Translations under genes and position numbers: made by a program
Notes under the pieces: model-generated
Seen by the model: the letters and a program-made list of their open reading frames with translations, nothing else
Database searches by the model: none
What the model was told of the DNA's origin: nothing
Shown: in pieces, positions 41,001 to 53,000 of the stretch
Numbering within the stretch: the first letter of the stretch is position 1
How the letters are laid out: every line of letters begins with the position of its first letter
Origin: Phaeosaccion multiseriatum
Taxonomy: Eukaryota; Protista; Ochrophyta, other classes
Direction of reading: 5' to 3'
Assembly: GCA_965112735.1 (NCBI GenBank)
Contig: OZ218950.1
Location: 1,178,001-1,242,000, forward strand
DNA length: 64,000 nucleotides

Positions 41001-44000
41001 ATCAAGACGGCCTTGATGAGCCCGGCAATGCCCGCCGCACCCTCCAGATGGCCAATGTTGGTCTTGACTGCACCCACCACAAGCCGGAAAGAGTCGTCAC
41101 GGTTCTTCCCGTACGTGGCCTTCAGAGCGCTCATCTCGATGGGGTCGCCTAGCGAGGTTCCCGTGCCGTGCGCCTCCACGATGCGTACCTCGGAGCCCTC
41201 TCGACCGGCCTCACGCAGCGTCGCCTCGATGAGTCTCTGCTGGGCGGCGGGGCTGGGGGCCGTGAGGCGGGCACTGGTTCCGTTGTGGTTCACGGCACAG
41301 CCCTCAATCACAGCGAGGACCGTGTCTCCGGCAGCGAGGGCGTCATCCAAAAGTTTCAGCACAACGGCACCGCATCCTTCACCACGCACGTATCCGTTTG
41401 CCGACGCGTCGAACGTCTTGCAGCGCCTGAGAAGGGCATGGGAATTGTGGGATGGGGTGAGGTAAGTTGACTTGGTAAGGCACTCAAGTCGTTCTCACTT
41501 GTTGCCTGTACACTGTGCGATTTGCCAGAGAGGCGATGGCCAAAGGGAGAAGAGGGGTGAACACAAACAGGAATGGAAGCACTCCACACATAAGCGCACG
41601 TACCCGTCGGGCGATAAGAAACCACTTCCCTTCAGCCTTTCGAAGCTCTGCGTGCCCAGCAACAGATTCACTCCGCCCACCACGGCTGCGTCGCACTTGC
41701 CCATGCGTAAGCTGCTGCAAGCGCTGTCCAGGGCCACCAGAGAGGACGAGCACGCCGTGTCAGTGGTCATGGACGGGCCCTGCAGTCCGAGCGTGTACGA
41801 CAGACGATTGGACACGCTTGCCCCGGCTGCGCCCATGGTGCTATACGCGCCTGTCGAGGATGAGCCTTCCCCGACTGCTCCCCAGTCACTGCCGCTCATG
41901 CCCACGAACACTCCGGTCTGACTGCCCCTCAGGCTTCGCTTGGTATAGCCCGCATTCACAAGCGCCTCCAGTCCCACCTCCAGCATCACCCGTTGGTGTG
42001 GGTCCATGGCAGAAGCCTCAGGACTGGATATGCCGAACACAGATGAATCGAACATTTCCACGCCGTCGATGAAGCTTCCTTGCCACTGCTGCTCATCCTC
42101 CTCCTTGCTCGCCCAGCGGTCGAGCGGAGCAGGATGGACACAGTCCTTGCCATTGCTAAGCATGGCCCAAAACTCCTCTGGGCTGTTCGAACCACCTGGC
42201 AAGCGGCAGGCCATGCCCACCACTGCCAACGGTGCCTTCGTGTCGCCCCCCTGGTATCCAACCGACTCACTCTCACCCTCATCATCCTCCTCAGATCCCA
42301 TCACCAAGGTTTCCAGCCAGGTAGACAGTGCTAGGACTGAGGGGTGACTGAAGAGCACGTCGTTGGGGACGGACACGCCGAAGCGAGCTTGGAGTCGACT
42401 CCGAAGCTCCACCGTAGACATGGAGTCCAGCCCAGCCTCCATCAAAGGCGTATCAGCCTTGAGCACGGTGCCCGCTTCACCAATGCATGCCGTTGCGATC
42501 TCCGTGACGACGCCTTCCAGCATGGGCTTCCGACTCGGCTCTGGCATCTCCAGCAGGTCACGCCTCACGGCAGCAGTAACGCTGTTCTCCACCCTGCTAC
42601 CCAAGCCCGCACCCTCTACGAGGGCCTCAAGCATTGTCGAGCCACCAAAAGCCCCCGGCGCGGATGCTTGCCAGTCCATTCCCGGCGCCACCAGGAGCTC
42701 GCGTGATGCCGCAGATGGGGCTGACACGCTGGCATCAAGCGCCGCCATACCCAATGCCTTACTGATGAGCCCAACGCCGGCCATCTCCAGACTGGCCATG
42801 GCAACTTCGGACCGAGCGGCCATGCCAGCTTCGGCCCACGGCCCCCACTGCAGGGCCACAGAGCTGGAGTGACCGAGACGCCGACGATGCTGCATCAGCC
42901 CGTCCACAGCAGCGTTGGCTGCAGCATAGTTGGCCTGGCCTGCATTACCTAGCACACCTGCCATGGATGTGTAGGACACAAAGAAGTCCAAGGGCCAGGC
43001 CATCTGCAGCGACAGCTCGTGCAGATTCCAAGCGCCCTCCACCTTCGGCTTGAAGACCTCTTTGATACTCTCGGGCGTCTGGTCCACCAGCAAGCGATCG
43101 TCGAGCACGCCAGCAGCATGGATGACACCTCGCACGGGCGGCATGCTGCTGAGCGCCGTGCCTAGGGCCTTCTCAAGCGACTGCGCGCTAGACACATCGC
43201 ACGATACAGCCTTGGTGCTCACCCCGCCGGGCACGTTGAGAAGCTCCTCCCACAGCGACTGGGAGTCCGCCTTGACCTCTCCCCCTCGCGAGAGCAGTAC
43301 AAGATGACGAGCTCCTTTATCAGCCAAATGCTTCGCAGTCGCCAGCCCCAGTGCCCCCAGCCCACCGCTGATAACGTAAGTCCCATCTCGCACGACGGGA
43401 ATGCCACACTCAGGGCTACTGAGCACAACCTTCCCTATATGCTTCGCAGTTCTGAGGAAGTTCATTGCCTCCGCAAGCTCATCCCTCAAGTCGAACGCCT
43501 TCACTGGTAGCGCCTCAGCCCTGCCCGCCTCACTGTCCGCTGTCAGCTGCTCCAGCCCAGCGAACGCCCAGCCCTGCTTCTCGGCCTTGAAGTCGTCTGC
43601 TATCATGGAGTCCAGCGCAATCAGCTCGTACAGCACGTCGGGCCTGGCAGCCTTCATCGCCTCCCTGGTCCACACGCCTCGCTTGCCGATCTCCATGAAG
43701 CGCCCGTTCTTCGTCAGCAGCTCCAGAGAGTAAGGGATGAAGTTGTCGGACAGGCAATTGAGCACCACATCCACCTTTGCAGCTCCCATGGAAGCCTTGA
43801 AGGCCTCCGCATCTCGCGACGACGCAATGTTCTTCACGCCCAGGCCTCGCAAGTAGGCGTGCTTCTCCTCGGATCCAGCAGTGGCGTAGATCTCCGCTCC
43901 GATGCGCTGAGCAATCTGCACGGCCACCAGACCCACTCCACCTGACGCGGCATGGATGAGCACCTTCTCACCACGCTTCAAGCCAGCGAGTTGCTCAAAG

Positions 44001-47000
44001 GCGTGCACCACTGTGAGCCACGCGATAGGCAGCGCTGCCATGTCCTCGAAGGTCCTGTTAGAAGGCATGATGGCCAGACACACGTCACGTGTCGTTACGT
44101 GGGAGCAGAAGCATCCCTGGTCCGGAAACCCGTAGACCTTGTCTCCCACTTGAAAGCGCGAGTTTCGCGATGCTCGAGTGACCACCCCCGATAGCTCGAT
44201 GCCAGGCTGTCCAGGGTCGCCAGGGTACAGGTCGAGCACGTTCAGCACGTCTCTGAAGTTGAGCCCCACCGCCTTGACACAAATTTCAATCTCCCCGTCC
44301 TGCAAGGCAGTGTCTCTCTCGGAAGGGAGTACGTCTCTGCGCTTCAAGCCTCCTTCGATGCTTCCCCTCGCCATGAGATCGAAGGAGAAGGGAAGGCTGA
44401 CTACCGAGGAGCGAGTCAACTGAGGCGTCTCGCACTCTCCTCCTTGCACACGCACGTCCTGACTCTGAAGGGGAAGACACAACACCAAGCTCATGTCCTC
44501 CACATCCGCTTCCACGACCATGATCTGCATCTCTGGCCGCTCGATACGAACGGAGCGAATCATGCCAAAGACCAGCATGTGTGCCCATCCCTCGCCCCCA
44601 CCGCTCAGCGTGTCGTGTAGTAGCACCATCAAGGGGAGTTGTCTCTTGGCCAGCTGCTGCGTTACCGCCAGCAGCTTCTGTGCTTCCTGCTGAGCGGCGC
44701 TGGCTGACGACCTTGCCGTCTGTCCCTCCTCTCTCCCACCGCCGATCACGTACAGCACTCGCGACCACTCGCCCCTCTCCAAGGCCCTCACCACATCCTG
44801 GTCATAGGCACGCTCCTGCACACGCAGCGTAACGTGCTCGGGCACTGATTGCTCAATACGCTTCACCAACGCTGTAGCTGCACTTACTCTATCTACCAAA
44901 GCCAGCCACGTCTCCTTCTCCACACCATCCTTCCCCGTGGTGGTTGCCAGAGCCAGAGCCTTGTCTGGCTGCCACTCCAGATAGTATAAGGCTCGACGAA
45001 GAGGGTTCAGGAGCGTAAAGCCCTTGGCCCTCTGCAGCTTGACGCCCTTCATGGTCACGAGCACGTACTGGCTGTCAAAGTCGGCAATGACAATGTCAAA
45101 GTTGACGCTGTCGCGCTTGTCGCTGATCTCGGTGAGCACGGTATGCACCCACACCTTGTCTCCTCTGATGGCGCCCTTCGCAACCACGTCATTGCATCCA
45201 GCTGGCAAGAACGTACCACCCTTGGTTAGATCAGAAGGTAGAAGCGCAAGCATGGTGTGTGCGGCACTGTCCAGCACGGCGGGGTGGAGGTAGAATCCAC
45301 GCACCTCCCACTCAGAGCACAGGCTGGGGTCCTGCGCTGTCGCCACGGACAGAGCCTGTCCCTCGGCAGCGTACAAGCGCTCTGTTCGCCTGAAGCGGGG
45401 GCCGTAGTTGAAGCCGGCCTTGGCGAACGTGGCGTACAGCTCACCCGACACGTCTCGCTGCCCCACTGCCTCCTGGATGCTCCTCACGTCCATCATTGCA
45501 GTAGCCTCTCTTGCCTCCAGCACCACTGACGCCGCCCTGGCCACAGCCTCACCTGCCTTGCCGCGGGAGCCGCCCGTGATCCGCGTCTTACCGTGGGCAG
45601 AGAGGAACACGTTCACCTCCGAGCATGCCACCGTCGTGGACCCATCCACCATCCGCTCCACGCCAGGTACACGGACGCCTGCCACCTCCAGCGGGGCCGT
45701 GAAGACGAGGCCCTTCATGCGCACCTGGCCATCTGCGGGGAAGGCCTCGCCCCTCAGCAGCGTGGCCAGGGCCAGCTCAATGTAGCCCATGCCCGGCATG
45801 AGCACCACCCCCCACTGCGTGCTCCTGCAGCAGGCCCTTGAGCCTTGGAGAGAATGGGCAGGACAGCAGCACCCCGCCCTTCTCATCTCGCACCCCTCCA
45901 CTCGGAAATAAAGCGTGATTATCGCTCTTGTACCACGGGAAGGCCACACGATTCGGGAAGAGCGCCTCCTCCTTGACGAAGCGGCCCCCATCGCTTTTCA
46001 TACCAGCCGTCAGTACGGAGTCACTCTTCTCCCCATGGCTCCTCAGCAGCACGTGTGCATTCGTTCCTCCCGCCCCGAATGAGCTCACCCCCACCAACAT
46101 ATCTCCCTCGTCCTCCAGCTGCACCATCACCGACGGGAGCTGCACGGGGAAGCCGTCCATGTCCAGCTCCGGGTTGACGCTCTCGAGGTGAAGGTTGGCG
46201 GGCACGGCGCGGTGCTGCAGCATCAAGACGGCCTTGATGAGCCCGGCAATGCCCGCCGCACCCTCCAGATGGCCAATGTTGGTCTTGACTGCACCCACCA
46301 CAAGCCGGAAAGAGTCGTCACGGTTCTTCCCGTACGTGGCCTTCAGAGCGCTCATCTCGATGGGGTCGCCTAGCGAGGTTCCCGTGCCGTGCGCCTCCAC
46401 GATGCGTATCTCGGAGCCCTCTCGACCGGCCTCACGCAGCGTCGCCTCGATGAGTCTCTGCTGGGCGGCGGGGCTGGGGGCCGTGAGGCGGGCACTGGTT
46501 CCGTTGTGGTTCACGGCACAGCCCTCAATCACAGCGAGGACCGTGTCTCCGGCAGCGAGGGCGTCATCCAAAAGTTTCAGCACAACGGCACCGCATCCTT
46601 CACCACGCACGTATCCGTTTGCCGACGCGTCGAACGTCTTGCAGCGCCTGAGAAGGGCATGGGTAGCGTGAGGGGAGTTTTAGTCGGCGGCGCAAGTAAA
46701 GTCGGACGAGACGGAGGAGCAGAGAGCGGAGGTACAAAATGTGTTAGAAGTCGTACTTAGCACTTACCAGTCCGGCGACAGGAAGCCGCTGCCCTGAATG
46801 TCCTCAAAGGCCACTGGCCCGAGCAAGCAATTGACGCCCCCGACGACAGCGGAATCGCACTTGCCCATGCGTAAGCTGCTGCAAGCGTTTTCCAAGGCCA
46901 CCAGCGATGACGAGCACGCCGTGTCAGTGGTCATGGACGGGCCCTGCAGCCCCAGCACGTACGAGAGCCGATTGGCAACGCCACATTGGATGCGACCCAT

Positions 47001-50000
47001 AGTGCGGTATACTCCAGCCCCTACATCCTTGCCCTGGTAGCCCCAGTCGCCGAGGCTCATCATGCCGATGAAGACGCCTGCCCGACTGCCCGCCAAGCTT
47101 GCTTTGTCGCACCCCGCGTTGACCAATGCCTCGTATCCAACCTCCAGCATCACTCGCTGGTGCGGATCCATCGCAGCCGCTTCGGCAAACGAGATGCCGA
47201 ATACGGCGGGGTCAAACATTTCCACCTCAGCAATGAAGCTGCCTTGCCAATCCTCGCTCCCCTCTTTTCCCGCCCACCGGTTCAGAGGGGCAGTCTGAAT
47301 GCAGTCAGTACCTGCGCGCAGCATTGACCAGAAGGCCTCTGGACTGTTCGAGCCCCCCGGAAAGCGGCACGCCATGCCCACAATAGCCAGGGGGGCAGTC
47401 ATGCTACCTCCAGCCGGTTCAGCATTCCTCTCCTCATATTCACCCTCCTCAGCCCCCAAGACCAAGCCCTCGAGCCACTCAGCCAGCGCTGCCACTGAGG
47501 GGTGACTGAAGAGCACGTCGTTGGGGACCGGCACGCCGAAGCGAGCTTGGAGTCGACTCCGAAGCTCCACCGTAGACATAGAGTCCAGCCCAGCCTCCAT
47601 CAAAGGCCTCAAAGCGTCGAGCTCGATGTCTGCTTCCCCAATGCATGCTTTCGCCATCTCCATGATTAAAGCCTGCAGCATGGGCTTTCGCTCTTCCTCC
47701 GACAGCTCCAGTAGGTCGCGCTTAACCTCGGTAGTCACACTGTTGCTAGCCTTGTTCTGCGGTCCCACCATCGAAGCCTCTCTAACGAGAGCATCAAGCA
47801 TCCCCGGGTTGCCAGCCGCCTGAGAAAAGGCGGGCCAGTCCATGCCAGGCAGGACCAAGAGCTCGCGCGATACCGCAGATGGGGCTGACACGCCGGCATC
47901 AAGCGCCGCCATACCTAATGCCTTACTGATGAGCCCAACGCCGGCCATCTCCAGACTGGCCATGGCAACTTCGGACCGAGCGGCCATGCCAGCTTCGCCC
48001 CACGGCCCCCACTGCAGGGCCACAGAGCTGGAGTGACCGAGACGCCGACGATGCTGCATCAGCCCGTCCACAGCAGCGTTGGCTGCAGCATAGTTGGCCT
48101 GGCCTGCATTGCCTAGCACACCTGCCATGGATGTGTAGGACACAAAGAAGTCCAAGGGCCAGGCCATCTGCAGCGACAGCTCGTGCAGATTCCAAGCGCC
48201 CTCCACCTTCGGCTTGAAGACCTCTTCGATACTCTCGGGCGTCTGGTCCACCAGCAAGCGATCGTCGAGCACGCCGGCAGCGTGGATGACACCTCGCACG
48301 GGCGGCATGCTGCTGAGCGCCGTGCCTAGGGCCTTCTCAAGCGACTGCGCGCTAGACACGTCGCACGATACTGCCTTGGTGCTCACCCCGCCGGGCACGT
48401 TGAGAAGCTCCTCCCACAGCGACTGGGAGTCCGCTTTGACCTTTCCCCCTCGCGAGAGCAGTACAAGATGACGAGCTCCTTTATCAGCCAAATGCTTCGC
48501 AGTCGCCAGCCCCAGTGCCCCCAGCCCACCGCTGATAACGTAAGTCCCATCTCGCACGACGGGAATGCCACACTCAGGGCTACTGAGCACAACCTTCCCT
48601 ATATGCTTCGCAGTTCTGAGGAAGTTCATTGCCTCCGCAAGCTCATCCCTCAAGTCGAACGCCTTCACTGGTAGCGCCTCGGCCCTGCCCGCCTCACTGT
48701 CCGCTGTCAGCTGCTCCAGCCTAGCGAACGCCCAGCCCTGCTTCTCGGCCTTGAAGTCGTCTGCTATCATGGAGTCCAGCGCAATCAGCTCGTACAGCAC
48801 GTCGGGCCTGGCAGCCTTCATCGCCTCCCCGGTCCACACGCCTCGCTTGCCGATCTCCATGAAGCGCCCGTTCTTCGTCAGCAGCTCCAGAGAGTAAGGG
48901 ATGAAGTTGTCGGACAGGCAATTGAGCACCACATCCACCTTTGCAGCTCCCATGGAAGCCTTGAAGGCCTCCGCATCTCTCGACGACGCAACGTGCTTCA
49001 CGCCCAGGCCTCGTAAGTAGGCGTGCTTCTCCTCGGATCCAGCAGTGGCGTAGATCTCCGCTCCGATGCGCTGAGCAATCTGCACGGCCACCAGACCCAC
49101 TCCATCTGACGCGGCATGGATGAGCACCTTCTCACCACGCTTCAAGCCAGCGAGTTGCTCAAAGGCGTGCACCACTGTGAGCCACGCGATAGGCAACGCT
49201 GCCATGTCATCAAAGGTCCTGTTGGAAGGCATGATGGCCAGACACACGTCACGTGTCGTTACGTGGGAGCAGAAGCAGCCCTTGTCCGGAAACCCGTAGA
49301 CCTTGTCTCCCACTTGAAAGCGCGAGTTTCGCGATGCTCGAGTGACCACCCCCGATAGCTCGATGCCAGGCTGCCCAGGGTCGCCAGGGTACAGGTCGAG
49401 CACATTCAGCACGTCTCTGAAGTTGAGCCCCACCGCCTTGACACAAATTTCAATCTCCCCGTCCTGCAAGGCAGCGTGTCTCTCGGAAGGGAGTACGTCT
49501 CTGCGCTTCAAGCCTCCCTCGATGCTTCCCCTCGCCATGAGATCGAAGGAGAAGGGAAGACTGACTACCGAGGAGCGAGTCAACTGAGGTGTGAGATATC
49601 GTCCGTCTCGCACCCAAACGTCCTGCCCCAGTGATGCAATGGCCCAGCACTTGGGCAGGTCCTCGCTGCCCACGTCCACCACTGTCATGGCCAGCGAAGG
49701 GTGCTCGACACGAGCGGTTCGAATCATGCCGTACACCCAGTGATGCCTCCACCCCTCGCCGCCACTCAGCGTGTCCTGCACCAGCACCATCAAGGGAGCT
49801 GGCCTTCGTAAGAGCTGCTGTAGCAACGAGAGGAGCGTCTGTGCCTCTTGGCTGGGGCTCTGCTGCTTGCCGCCGAACAAGGTGCACACCACACGGCCCC
49901 ATCCTGCTGGCGCTTCTGACGCGAGGGTGGAGTCGTCGATGATCTTGACCTCCCTCTCCGTCAGTGTCACAGATATGGGCAAGCTCTCTTTCGCTGCCTT

Positions 50001-53000
50001 GTCCAAGCTACCACGAGCGCCGCTGGTGAGGAGCAGCCAAGCTTCCTCTCGCTCTTCCACGTCACCTCTGCTGCGGGAGATGGAATCGTTGGGCAGCCAC
50101 TCTAGAGAATACAGCGCTCGGCTGACAGGGTTGGTGCGGGAGAAGCCTCGGGCGAGCTGCATCCGGAAGCGGTTAAGCTGCACGAGCACTTGCTTCGTCT
50201 TGAAGTGTGCTATCACGATGTCGCACTCGATCGCAAGAGCTTGAGAGTCCACCTCCTTCACCACCGCATGAACCCACACCTTCTCGCTCGTGATGGCCCC
50301 TCGCACAAGCACCTCTTCGCAGCCGGTGGGCAAGAAGACGGCGGCAAAGGCCTTGCTCGTCAGCTCCTCCGGCAAGAGCGCCAACATCGTGTGCGCGGCA
50401 TTATCCAACACTGCAGGGTGAAGGTAGAAGCCGTTGATCTCCCACTCCGCCGATAGGCTGCCATCCATTGCCGCCGCAACCGACAAGGCCTGTCCACTGG
50501 CTGCGAAAAGGTGCTGCGTTCGGACAAAGCTGGCACCGTAGTCATAACCAGCACCGGCAAGCTTGAGGTAGAGCCCCTCGGCGATGTCCTCGTCCCCCAC
50601 CGCGGCTCTCACCCGCGCCACGTCCAATGTCTCTGCCTCCGTCCTTGTGCACAATTGAAGGGAAGTCGCCTTCGCCACCGTCTCTCCAGCCTTGCCGTGG
50701 GGACCTCCGATAAACTGCACGCTGCCGCGGGCAGTGACGAAGGCACTGACTTCAGAAGCGACCACAGTGGTGGAGCCCTCCACCGTACGGTCCACATCGG
50801 GGGCACGAGCGCCTGCAATTTCCAGTGGAGCCATGAAGACCAGGCCCTTCAGGACCACTTGCCTCTCACCAGGGAAAGGCTTGCCCTTCAGCAAGGCGGC
50901 AAGGCCAATCTCGATGTACCCCATGCCCGGCATGAGCACCACTCCTCCCACCGCGTGATCCTGCAGCAAGCCCTTGAGCTGAGGGGTGAAGCGGCATGAG
51001 AGGAGTGTTCCTCCCTTCTTCTCGACGACGCCGCCGCTTGGTACCATCGCATGCGCCTACTGCTCGAACCAAGGGAGCGCACGACGGGTGGGGAACAGAG
51101 GTGTGGGCTTGCCCAGTACTGCCGCCACTGCTCTGTCGAACGAGGCGGTGTCGCTCCCCTCCCGCCGCATGGACGGCTGCCACATCACGTCCGACCTCTC
51201 TCCCTCGCATTGCCGCGCCATGTTGATCAGCACAGAGCTGGGCCCAATCTCTACCACTCGTACACCCTCAGGCCTCTCCCGGAGCAGCGTGGTGATACTC
51301 TCCACGAACAGCACCGGCGATAGCATGTGTTGCACCCAGTACGCTACCTGCGTCACCTCCTCAGCCTTCACCACCTCGCCTGTCACGTTGGACACCAGGG
51401 GGATGCGTGGGGCGCTGAATGACACCTGCCTCAGAACCTCCTCCAGCGCACGTACAGCGGGCTCCATCAGAGGAGAGTGGAAGGCGTGCGATACCTCCAA
51501 GGCCTTGCAGCCCACCCCATCGGCTGTGAGTCTCTCCACCACCTTGTCCACAGCGCTGCGAGCACCAGAGATCACGCAGGCCTGAGGGCCGTTGGAGGAC
51601 GCCAGCACAACCTCGCCTGCCACCCCCGCAGCGTCGATCCTTGCCATTGCTGCTTCCCTGCCCGTTTTCACTGCGATCATCACTCCATCCCCCTCGGGGC
51701 AGGCCTGCATGGCGGCTCCTCTCTTGGCGGACAGCATCAGCCCGTCCTCCAGCGACATGACGCCGGCCACGCACGCCGCCACTACCTCGCCCAGGCTGTG
51801 GCCCATCACCATCGACGGCTCCACTCCCTCCGACTTCCACAGCGCGCAAAGGGCGTATTCCAGCACAAACAGGCACGGCTGGCAGTAGCGTGTCTCCTTC
51901 AGCAGCGCTTGTGCAGTCTCCCCCTCCTCCTCCTCCCCGTCCTCATCGACCGCCGGGTACATGAGCTCCACCACAGACTTGTCCAGCCAGGCCCGCTCCA
52001 TGAGCAGCCTGCTGCACCGCTGCACGCACTCGCGAAAGACCGCACGCTGTTAAGGCACCAAAAGAGAGACAGAGAGCGGAGGGAACAAGAGAGAGAGACG
52101 AATATGAGAACGAGGGCAGGTGGGCCGAGGTGATGGAGCACAACAGAGGCAATGCCAAGAGAGGACTGAGACGGAGATGGTGCGCGCAACGAATCAACTA
52201 ACCTCGTCGTAGAGCTCCTTGCCCATTCCGGGGTACTGCGAGCCTTGCCCCGTGAAGACAAAGGCGTGCGCAGGTGAGGCGACCTCCGTATCCTCACTCC
52301 CCTTCGGCGCTTTCGAGACCCCTCCCTCCACTCTCGGCGCAGCGCTGCTCAGCACCACATGGGCGTTGGTGCCTCCTGCTCCGAACGAGCTTACTCCTGC
52401 GTACAGCACCTCCTCGCTGTCATTGGCGTGTCCCTCCTCGCTACCCAATGGAGATAGTCTCGACGAAGGGAATGCCACCGCAAATCCATCAACACCAATC
52501 TCAGGATTGAGCTTGCCGAGGTGCAGATTGCGTGGAACAGCTCGGTGCTGAAGCGCGAGGATGGTCTTGATGAGTCCCGCGATGCCTGCGGCGCCCTCCA
52601 AGTGACCAATGTTGGTCTTGACCGCTCCCACCATGAGTGGGAAAGAGCTCTCCCGCCCTTCTCCGTACGCGGCTTTGAGAGCGCTCATCTCGATGGGGTC
52701 GCCAAGAGCCGTGCCCGTGCCGTGCGCCTCCACGAAGTGAACCTCGCTGCCCGCTACACCCGCCTCCTCCAAGGCTGCCTGCATCAGCGTCTGCTGTGCG
52801 TCTGGACTGGGTGCTGTGAGCCGCATAGAGCGCCCATTGTGGTTCACGGAGCTTCCCCGCACGACGGCCAGGATGTTGTCTCCGCTGCGCTTCGCGTCGT
52901 CAAGCCGCTTCACCACCAAGGCGCCGCAGCCCTCTCCTCGGACGTAGCCGTCAGCCGCTGCGTCGAACGTCTTGCAGCGCCTTCGGTAGCAGCACGAGGC

